DNA of 64,000 bases from a virus (Duplodnaviria > Caudoviricetes): the IMG/VR virus record IMGVR_UViG_3300032116_000166, positions 1,383-65,382 of that record, one strand, 5' to 3'. A program made the position numbers and the translations under genes. The notes beneath the pieces were generated by a model that was not told the DNA's origin, searched no databases, and saw only the letters and a list, made by a program, of their open reading frames with translations. Below are positions 19,097 to 27,173 of the stretch, in pieces (position 1 is the first letter of the stretch; each line of letters begins with the position of its first letter).

Positions 19097-22000
19097 ATGC
19101 CATATGGTTTTGAAGTTTATAACGAGAATGGCATACTGTTGGCCAACGACACTGATTTTAACTATGGATTGTTAACGTCCGGTATAAGAGGTATAGGGCG
19201 AATCGGATCTCTTACTGCTGTAGTAACTAATACTATAAGATTTGATTCGCAAGTAACAACTACGGATGCTAAACCCTTAATATTTGTTAAATTTACCGAT
19301 CCTAATTATTATGTATCTATATTAAGTTTTTCAAACACATCTGCCTCATTCATATTTGCCAGTGGACCGGGAGGTGTTACTAGTAGCGTCCCCGCCACTA
19401 CAGTATTAAACTTAGAGTACAAAGTATTTGTTCCATTTAATAAGCTACCCGCGTACAACGGAACTGATAGTTATGGATTACATGTGTTCGATTCTGCTAG
19501 CAATAAAACATTTGATTCCAGATACGAATTACCTACAGTAGTTGGTAGCGCGACATGTGCAGCAAATAATACATCTCCAGTAAATGAAACTAGTTCTGCA
19601 CTTCCAAGTGGATACGGTATAAATAATACTTGGGTATGCTTAAATTCTATCGCAGAAGGACGTATAGGAAGTATTGCTATAGGCGGCACTTTACATTCAG
19701 TATATCAAGCCGTAAGAATATCAGGTAATTTTATTTACATGAGTCATATCTATAAACCAGAAGATAGCGCATATTCTGGTAGTTATTATTATGCAAATAT
19801 ACCTAGAACATTTTTGTTGGCGGATCAACCTATTATTGGATATCCACTAAAGCTTTCTTTGTACACCAATCCCTTTTGGACTACTACATCTTGCCAAATA
19901 AATTATGCACTGCAAAACAACGACAGCAGCTGTGTTACATATTTTAAGTATGAAGCCGATGTTTCAGGTGGTAATGGCAATCCTATTTCATACTCTTGGG
20001 CACTGTCTAACAATACTGCCGGATACACGATTAGTAATCCCACAGATAGTTATGTATATGTAACACTACAAAAACCAGCTGGCTCTTATAGCTGTACTTT
20101 GACGTGTACAGTTTCACAGGCCGGCAGTGTGACACAGGTAGTTTCAGTTACACTATCAAGTACACATACAACAAATTTATTAGCTACTGCTACGTTATCA
20201 ATAGATGGAAAAACAAGTCCTTATACTGTCACTGAGGGCGAAACTGTAACTTTTAGAGCTACTACAACGGGTATTCCAAACGGTGATTATATATACTGGG
20301 GATTTGATACCGCAGGTATATCAAATCCAGTAAATTTTGAAGATTTTAACCCAAACACTATGTACGCTCTTGCCAGTGTAAACAATAATCAAGCAACAAT
20401 AACTAAGTATATAACTGCTGGTGCTGTAGAGTCAACAGAACAATTTAATTTTAAAGTTTGGAGAAATGTTAGCGGCGAGCTTCCTCCTACTGGAGTTGGT
20501 CTTATGGCCCAAACATTGGTAAGCGTTGCAAACGCAGTCGTCTCTACTAACTATTCAGTAACATCAGATACAACTTCTGTAAATGAAAGCACCTCTCAGT
20601 ATGTTACTTTTACACTAACATCGACAGGTTTGGCTAATCTCACGCAAGTGTGGTGGAGAATAGAAACTGTTACAGGAACTATTAACTCCAATGACTTTGT
20701 TGACAGTTCAGGAATGAGTGGCAGCGCATACATAGGTCCAGTATGGAACAGTGAAACATTTACATATGATAATCAAACTGCAGCGGTACCAAAGACTATT
20801 AGAGCAGATACTATTACAGAGGGTTCCGAATCTTTTACCGTAAGATTATATTCCGATAGCAGTTTTGTTAATTTATTAGCAACAGGGCCCACAGTAACAA
20901 TAGGCGACACTAGTATAACGCCCACAAGTTATAATCTAACATCTTCAGCAAATAATGTTAACGAAGGTGGTAGTGTAACATTTACAATAGGTGGAACCAG
21001 TATTCCTAATGGTACATACTACTGGGATTTGTCCAATACTACGGATTTTGTTACCAGTAACGGATCTGTCGTCTATCCTACGCCAGGTTCGTTCAGCGTA
21101 ACACCTACCTCTGACTCAACCACAGAAGGTTCAGAATTCTTTACTGCTAGACTTTATAGTAATGCAGCTCGCACTATTCTGCTAGCAACCAGTGCATCAG
21201 TAACTATAAACGATACCAGTGGAACCGCAGTACCTGTAGCGAGCTTTACAAAAACTGCCGCGTCTGGAACAGCGCCGCTTTATGTAAGTTTTACAGACAC
21301 TTCTAGTAATTCCCCAACAAGCTGGTCTTGGAATTTTGGTAACAGTTCAACAAGTACACTGCAAAACCCCAGCAATATACTCTATAATGCAGCAGGTACA
21401 TATACAGTTTCATTAACTGCTTCTAATGCAGGAGGTAGCAGTGCACCAACAACACAGACAATAACTGTTTCGTCCGCTAGTACTAGTATATCTACAACTG
21501 GCGACAGTAACGGAACTGTCGGTACAAGTTATGCAAAACAGTTTTTCTATAACCTAAACGGAAGTACTGTACTTGGTTTATTTTCCTATAGCGGGCCGAG
21601 TATACCAGGACTTAGTTTTGCCGTATTTGGTGGCCCAGGACCTGGTAGTGGGGGTAGTGTTGGCGCTTCACTATCTGGGACTCCTACAACAGCAGGTACA
21701 TATACCTTTACTGTAACCGGATCTGGGCAGGGGTACAGCGCAAGTCAGCAATATACTATAACGATTGTAAACCCTGCTGCACCACTACCAACGGCTAATT
21801 TTACCGCAAGCCCAACTACAGTAACAGTGGGTCAAATTGTGTATTTTACAGATGCCTCTACCAATGCTGTTAGTTGGGAATGGGATTTTAATAACTTTGA
21901 TGGATATGTCAGTACGGTTCAAAACCCTACTAGGATATATACGGCAGCAGGAATATATAGTGTTAAATTGCGAGTAGCAAACAGCGATGGTGTAACCAAT

Positions 22001-22378
22001 ACACTTATAAGAAGTAATTATATTACGGTAAACGCAGCACCTGCCTACAATGAGGTTGTTTACATTGATAATCAAATATCTCAAACCACAGGAACTACTA
22101 CAATCGCAACTGTTTCTACCGCTGTTATATTTAGTATAATAATTTCAGGTGGGCAACCTAATACCAATGCAACATTCTCTGGTGCAAGTGCAGGTACAGT
22201 TACACTGGATGCAAATGGTTCTTTTGTTTTTGGAAATAATCAGCTTCTAGCTCAACAGTACAACTGGACTATTACATTCGCAGGCTCTGGAAATACTCGT
22301 TATCTTCAAATCACTGGTATTACTCCAAGCGGTGGCGGTGGCGGTGGCGGTGGCGGTGGCGGTGGAATTGAACAATAA
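19097..22378 (+). CDS. Tail-tip adhesin with MPYG N-domain, Calx-beta/Ig-like and two PKD domains
   Basis: VNEG..VTFT...D..TEG.E.F..RLY (Calx-like) repeats; PKD signatures FTDTSSNSPTSWSWNFG...STLQNP and FTDASTNAVSWEWDF...STVQNP; poly-Gly C-terminus. Confidence 0.75.
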   Translation: MPYGFEVYNENGILLANDTDFNYGLLTSGIRGIGRIGSLTAVVTNTIRFDSQVTTTDAKPLIFVKFTDPNYYVSILSFSNTSASFIFASGPGGVTSSVPATTVLNLEYKVFVPFNKLPAYNGTDSYGLHVFDSASNKTFDSRYELPTVVGSATCAANNTSPVNETSSALPSGYGINNTWVCLNSIAEGRIGSIAIGGTLHSVYQAVRISGNFIYMSHIYKPEDSAYSGSYYYANIPRTFLLADQPIIGYPLKLSLYTNPFWTTTSCQINYALQNNDSSCVTYFKYEADVSGGNGNPISYSWALSNNTAGYTISNPTDSYVYVTLQKPAGSYSCTLTCTVSQAGSVTQVVSVTLSSTHTTNLLATATLSIDGKTSPYTVTEGETVTFRATTTGIPNGDYIYWGFDTAGISNPVNFEDFNPNTMYALASVNNNQATITKYITAGAVESTEQFNFKVWRNVSGELPPTGVGLMAQTLVSVANAVVSTNYSVTSDTTSVNESTSQYVTFTLTSTGLANLTQVWWRIETVTGTINSNDFVDSSGMSGSAYIGPVWNSETFTYDNQTAAVPKTIRADTITEGSESFTVRLYSDSSFVNLLATGPTVTIGDTSITPTSYNLTSSANNVNEGGSVTFTIGGTSIPNGTYYWDLSNTTDFVTSNGSVVYPTPGSFSVTPTSDSTTEGSEFFTARLYSNAARTILLATSASVTINDTSGTAVPVASFTKTAASGTAPLYVSFTDTSSNSPTSWSWNFGNSSTSTLQNPSNILYNAAGTYTVSLTASNAGGSSAPTTQTITVSSASTSISTTGDSNGTVGTSYAKQFFYNLNGSTVLGLFSYSGPSIPGLSFAVFGGPGPGSGGSVGASLSGTPTTAGTYTFTVTGSGQGYSASQQYTITIVNPAAPLPTANFTASPTTVTVGQIVYFTDASTNAVSWEWDFNNFDGYVSTVQNPTRIYTAAGIYSVKLRVANSDGVTNTLIRSNYITVNAAPAYNEVVYIDNQISQTTGTTTIATVSTAVIFSIIISGGQPNTNATFSGASAGTVTLDANGSFVFGNNQLLAQQYNWTITFAGSGNTRYLQITGITPSGGGGGGGGGGGGIEQ

Positions 22379-22396
22379 TAAATAGAAAGTAGTGAT

Positions 22397-22762
22397 ATGG
22401 CACTGACAAAAGATTATGAAATACCACAAGGTATTATAGGAGAATATCACAGGCTTCAGAAGGTAGAAATTCTACCTTCTGAAGGTAGGGTTGATATTTT
22501 GTTTGCAATATATGTAAACAAGGCCGCTAAGGAAGCGGCAAAACTTCCTCTTTATTACCAGTCTGTAAGTATACCTCTTGATCACTTTACAGAAGACCCT
22601 AGAACTGTATTCTATACAGCGGCAAGAACGCATAAAAACAGTTATCTTGCTACATCATCTAACACAGTAGATCCAGACCAGTCTACTAATATAAGTAATA
22701 CTGTGGCACTAAGACCAGAATATGTTGCAACTGTGTCACTTATTAATGGCACAATTAGTTGA
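22397..22762 (+). CDS. Hypothetical protein, probable tail fibre assembly factor
   Basis: 121 aa; MAL.K....QG....YHR N-terminus; located within the tail operon. Confidence 0.45.
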   Translation: MALTKDYEIPQGIIGEYHRLQKVEILPSEGRVDILFAIYVNKAAKEAAKLPLYYQSVSIPLDHFTEDPRTVFYTAARTHKNSYLATSSNTVDPDQSTNISNTVALRPEYVATVSLINGTIS

Positions 22763-22771
22763 GGAATAGCT

Positions 22772-23668
22772 ATGCCGTCTCCAAACAAACTCCGAATAAT
22801 CTATCAAAATCAGGTAGATTTATCATCCACTACTATTACTAGTACCACTCCTGCTAGTGGTACTAGTACTGCCAACTTAAAAATCGACACAAAGAGCCTT
22901 GTTTGGAGATCTAGCACTAGTACTACAGCCAGTATTATTTTAGATCTTGGGTCACAAAAAACAATAGGTGGAGTAGTACTGGCCTTTACCAATCTACCCT
23001 CTAGCACTGCAACTATCAGAGTAGTTGGCCACAACACTGCAATGAGTATTTCGGGTGGCAACTTAGTAATACCAATAGGTGCTGCATATAATACAGGACT
23101 TGTAAGTTGTTGCCCTTGGAATACTCTAGCACTACCCAGTTGGGGTACAAACCCAGTCGGATCTTCTAACTACAGCTATGGCGGAGGAACCTACGCCAGG
23201 GTTTGGTTAAATTCCACCCAAGCATCGACTCCTGTTAGATACGTCGGTATTGAAATAACCGACAATGCTGCCAGTTTTATAGAAGTCTCACGACTAATTG
23301 TAGGAAATTACTGGAGTCCAACGCACAATGCAGGTTATGGTATCAGTGCAGGTATAAAAGACTTAAGCGAGCATGTCAGAACGGAGGGTGGTGACCTATT
23401 AACTCGCAGAGGTCCACGATTCAAAACATTGAATTTTGACCTACAGTGGTTGGCTAGCAGTGATCGCAAAGAAATGACCAGATTATTACTTGGTAATGGC
23501 ATGCCAAAACCTCTATTTGTTAGTCTGTTTCCCGACAGCACTGGTGCGGACGAAGATTTTCAACGAGAGGGAATACACCAGATATATGGAAAAATGGTTG
23601 AAATACCAGGAGTTAGTTATACCACTCTGGATATTTACAGCACAAGTTTAGAAATAGAAGAAGTATAG
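22772..23668 (+). CDS. Minor tail protein, Dit-like with carbohydrate-binding-like N-domain
   Basis: WRS...IILDLG (discoidin-like) N-part; RTEGG...RGPRFKTLNFDLQWL and a terminal LEIEEV typical of distal-tail-type proteins; GAGG RBS. Confidence 0.55.
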   Translation: MPSPNKLRIIYQNQVDLSSTTITSTTPASGTSTANLKIDTKSLVWRSSTSTTASIILDLGSQKTIGGVVLAFTNLPSSTATIRVVGHNTAMSISGGNLVIPIGAAYNTGLVSCCPWNTLALPSWGTNPVGSSNYSYGGGTYARVWLNSTQASTPVRYVGIEITDNAASFIEVSRLIVGNYWSPTHNAGYGISAGIKDLSEHVRTEGGDLLTRRGPRFKTLNFDLQWLASSDRKEMTRLLLGNGMPKPLFVSLFPDSTGADEDFQREGIHQIYGKMVEIPGVSYTTLDIYSTSLEIEEV

Positions 23669-23690
23669 TGTTGGCATAAATTTTTTATAC

Positions 23691-23719
23691 TTGACTGCTT
23701 CATGCCATTATGATATAAT
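23691..23719 (+). promoter_or_regulatory. sigma70 promoter, fibre cassette 1
   Basis: TTGACT-17 bp-TATAAT, TGn extension, AT-rich upstream. Confidence 0.85.
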
Positions 23720-23777
23720 AGTACCAAATTAGAAAGCACCAAAATAAAATGTTGGTGTAACCCAACAAGGAGTCCAA

Positions 23778-24185
23778 ATGGCAACAACACTTTATTTTGT
23801 ACAGTCTGATACACTGCCTCAAATAAAACTGACTCTTACAAACGAAGATACTGGAGCAGCCAAAAACCTAACAAATAAAATTGTTAGTCTTCACGGCAAA
23901 CCCGCAACTGGTACTGGTGTAAGATTTACCAGAGAAGCCATATTTCCTGCTGGTGCAGCCGACAGAACCGCAGGTATATGCTATATACAATGGTTGGACG
24001 GCGATTTAAATCGGCCCGCCGGTGATTACAATGCAGAAATAGAGATCTATGATACTTCTACTGCCAGCAGAGAGACCATTTATGACTTAATTAAGTTGGT
24101 CATACGTGAAGACATTGCGGACATTACACCACTACCAGCACCAGCGCCCACAGCTCCTAGCCCTGGCGCCCCTGATCCAACATGA
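23778..24185 (+). CDS. Collar / BppU-N-like fibre adaptor
   Basis: YFVQSDTLPQIKLTL...GIC.IQW..GDL...GDY.AEIEI...ETIYD.IKL.IRED pattern of BppU/p132-like adaptors; Pro-rich tail. Confidence 0.65.
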   Translation: MATTLYFVQSDTLPQIKLTLTNEDTGAAKNLTNKIVSLHGKPATGTGVRFTREAIFPAGAADRTAGICYIQWLDGDLNRPAGDYNAEIEIYDTSTASRETIYDLIKLVIREDIADITPLPAPAPTAPSPGAPDPT

Positions 24186-26611
24186 CAGGCCTACTAGCGG
24201 AAGTAGTCTCTAAAGCTAAGGCCGCTATAGAGGCTGTATCCAAAGCCAAGGCCGACGTGGTACACCTCAGCCGCGCCAAACTCGAGTCGGTTACCTACAG
24301 TGCGAAAACGGTCGCAGAAATAGTTACAGGTGTATTTTTTGCTGTATTTGTTAGAAATTTTTCGGAGGGTGTCAATCTCAGCGAACTGGTACGTAGTGTA
24401 TTTGGCAAAAATGTAACAGATACTGCCAGTTTTAGTGATAGCAACACCAAGGGTGTTGGAAAGAATGTAACGGACCAAACCAATATAGGCGATCCACTGT
24501 CTGTTGTGTTTACCAAGTCGGCAACAGATAGTGCAAGTGTAAGTGATTCTGCAACCAGTGTGTTCACTAAAGTGGTTAGCGACGCCACTAACATAGGTGA
24601 CAGTTTTGACAGAACCTTGCAGTGGTCTAGAAGTTTTACAGAAACTTCTAACTTCAGCGACTCGGCTCTAAGTATCTTTACTAAAGTGGTTAGTGATACC
24701 ACTAATATAAGCGACTCTGCAAACACAACATTTACCAAATCGCTAACAGACTCTAGCAATATAAGTGACTCTGCATTGTCTGTATTTACTAAAGCAGTAA
24801 GTGACAGTATAAACATTACAGACGACGTAAACGGTGCAGCAGTTGATGATGATCAGAATGTGTCGTTTATAAAGGTGTCTACTGATACCACCAACATAAG
24901 TGATATATTTGATCGTACACTTCAGTGGTCAAGAGACTTTAGTGATGGATCAACAGTAACTGACGCCACCACTTCAACCTTTAATAAAAATGTAAGTGAT
25001 ACCTCTAACATAAGTGACTCTGCGTCTAGTGTGTTTACCAAAGTGTCAAGTGACACCACCAACATAAGTGATACATTTGATCGTACAATTCAGTGGTCTA
25101 GAGATTTTACTGATGGTACAAACATAAGCGACGCAGCCGTAAGCGTAGTAGTCAAAGTAGTCAATGACACAAGCAACTTTAGTGACTCTGCTAACTTTGC
25201 ATTTACAAAAGTATTAACTGACTCCAGCAACATAAGCGATACAACAGCTGTAGTATTTACGAAATCACTAGAAGATGCTACAAATATTACAGACTCGTCT
25301 ACAGTTACTTTTGTTAAGGTAGCCAACGATACCACCAATATAAGTGATTCTACACAATCCGTCTTTACTAAATCACTAACAGACTCTAGCAATATAAGTG
25401 ACTCTGCATTGTCTGTATTTACTAAAGCAGTAAGTGACAGTATAAACATTACAGACGACGTAAACGGTGCAGCAGTTGATGATGATCAGAATGTGTCGTT
25501 TATCAAAGTGTCAAGTGATACTACTAATATCGGTGATACATTTGATCGCACACTTCAGTGGTCAAGAGACTTTAGTGATGGTTCTACATTAACAGATTCT
25601 GCAATTGCTGTTTTTGGTAAAAATGAAGCCGACATCTTTAACGTAAGCGACTCTGCGTCTAGTGTGTTTACCAAAGTGTCAAGTGACACCACTAATATCA
25701 GTGATATATTTGATCGTACAATTCAGTGGTCTAGAAGCTTTAGTGACAGTACAAACATTAGTGATTCTACTACAAGTGTTTTTGTCAAAACAACAGGCGA
25801 TGCCACAAATATAAGTGACAGCTTCGATCGTACTGTACAATGGTTTAGAGATTTTACTGATGGTTCAAATATAGGCGATACAAGTTTAACAGTATTTACT
25901 AAAGTTGTTCCAGATACCACAAATATAAGTGATTCTGCTACATACACATTCACCAAAGTAGAACAGGATACTGTAAACTTTGGTGAAATACAGAATACAG
26001 CCTTTACTAAAAATACGACCGAAACAACAAATATAAGTGACATTTTTGATCGTATAGTTCAATGGTCAAGAGATTTCACTGATGGTTCTACGTTATCCGA
26101 TTCTACAGCTTCTGTTTTTACAAAAAATCTCACTGACAGTTTAAATATATCAGATATTACAACTATTGGATTTACTTACTTAAGAGAGCCTATTGATGGT
26201 GTAAATCTTACAGATGACGTCAATGGTGCAGCAATTGATGATGATCAAAGTGTAGTATTTGTTAAAGTTTCTACTGACACTGCAAATATAAGCGATACAT
26301 TTGATCGCACAGTTCAGTGGTCTCGAGATTTTAACGACACCAACAATATAAGTGATAGTTTCAGTCGTACACTACAATGGTCTCGTGATTTCACAGATCA
26401 AAGCAATATTGGCGAAGTTGTACAAAATATACTAACAAAAGTTGCCTCAGACACTACCAATGTTTCTGATAGTTCAACTAGTGTAGTAGGTAAGAATCCG
26501 CAAGACTCCTTTAACTTGGATGACAGTGGAACAATATTAAATCAAGATTATATAGCCGGAGCCGACTACTTCTTACAAGACTATGTAGGGGTTTCCACAA
26601 CATTCAATTGA
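24182..26611 (+). CDS. Repetitive Ser/Thr/Asp-rich virion fibre/stalk protein (~18-aa repeats)
   Basis: About 40 copies of VFTK...D.TNISD, with DRTLQWSRDF variants and three DDVNGAA.DDDQ inserts. Confidence 0.7.
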   Translation: MTGLLAEVVSKAKAAIEAVSKAKADVVHLSRAKLESVTYSAKTVAEIVTGVFFAVFVRNFSEGVNLSELVRSVFGKNVTDTASFSDSNTKGVGKNVTDQTNIGDPLSVVFTKSATDSASVSDSATSVFTKVVSDATNIGDSFDRTLQWSRSFTETSNFSDSALSIFTKVVSDTTNISDSANTTFTKSLTDSSNISDSALSVFTKAVSDSINITDDVNGAAVDDDQNVSFIKVSTDTTNISDIFDRTLQWSRDFSDGSTVTDATTSTFNKNVSDTSNISDSASSVFTKVSSDTTNISDTFDRTIQWSRDFTDGTNISDAAVSVVVKVVNDTSNFSDSANFAFTKVLTDSSNISDTTAVVFTKSLEDATNITDSSTVTFVKVANDTTNISDSTQSVFTKSLTDSSNISDSALSVFTKAVSDSINITDDVNGAAVDDDQNVSFIKVSSDTTNIGDTFDRTLQWSRDFSDGSTLTDSAIAVFGKNEADIFNVSDSASSVFTKVSSDTTNISDIFDRTIQWSRSFSDSTNISDSTTSVFVKTTGDATNISDSFDRTVQWFRDFTDGSNIGDTSLTVFTKVVPDTTNISDSATYTFTKVEQDTVNFGEIQNTAFTKNTTETTNISDIFDRIVQWSRDFTDGSTLSDSTASVFTKNLTDSLNISDITTIGFTYLREPIDGVNLTDDVNGAAIDDDQSVVFVKVSTDTANISDTFDRTVQWSRDFNDTNNISDSFSRTLQWSRDFTDQSNIGEVVQNILTKVASDTTNVSDSSTSVVGKNPQDSFNLDDSGTILNQDYIAGADYFLQDYVGVSTTFN
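24743..25503 (+). repeat. 128-bp identical direct repeat (24743-24870 and 25376-25503)
   Basis: Identical from CTAACAGACTCTAGC to GTGTCGTTTAT; offset 633 bp (211 codons). Confidence 0.85.
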
Positions 26612-26623
26612 AGAAAGGTTTCT

Positions 26624-27088
26624 ATGAATTCCCTAGAAAATCTAAAGTTAACCGGTAGAGTGCATTTTGTAATCACCGGCGAAGACGGAGTAGTAAAAGA
26701 AGAGCGAGTTGAAGACAACTTGGTCGTTACATCCGGATTGACATACATCAGAGACAGAGTAAGCTCTGCAAGCCCTCCTGGTCTAATCACACACATGGAA
26801 CTTGGAACAGGTGCCGTTGCCCCCGTAGCAGGCAACACCACCTTGGGTACCGCACTAGGTACTCGTGGCAGTGTTACAATCACAACACCAACTGCAACAA
26901 GCATTCAGTACAGCTCTAGCTTTATTGCTGGCGCACCTGCTGCTGGTACAAACGCCATTACAGAAGCTGGTCTATTTACCGCAAGCACTGCTGGTACAAT
27001 GCTTTGCCGTGTTACATTTAGTGCTATTAACAAGGCACCAAACGACACAATGACAGTTAACTGGACTATTACACTAGCCGCAGTTTGA
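26624..27088 (+). CDS. Tail-collar fibre (DUF3751-like) structural protein
   Basis: NLVVTSG...MELGTG...ITEAGLF...ML.R.TF..INK...DT.TV.WTIT pattern. Confidence 0.65.
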   Translation: MNSLENLKLTGRVHFVITGEDGVVKEERVEDNLVVTSGLTYIRDRVSSASPPGLITHMELGTGAVAPVAGNTTLGTALGTRGSVTITTPTATSIQYSSSFIAGAPAAGTNAITEAGLFTASTAGTMLCRVTFSAINKAPNDTMTVNWTITLAAV

Positions 27089-27096
27089 TGTTACCC

Positions 27097-27128
27097 AATA
27101 ATGGCGAGAACACTCGCCATTATTTTTA
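27097..27128 (+). terminator. Rho-independent terminator, followed by a second hairpin (27123-27151)
   Basis: AATAATGGCGAG-aaca-CTCGCCATTATT TTT; then TTTTTATGGGGC-tgttt-GCTCCATAAAAA. Confidence 0.7.
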
Positions 27129-27173
27129 TGGGGCTGTTTGCTCCATAAAAATAATGAGCAATCAGGAGCAAAA

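Noticed and set aside
24182-26611. Ice-nucleation protein
   Set aside because: Lacks the AGYGSTxT 16-residue repeat; the period is ~18 aa and Asp-rich.
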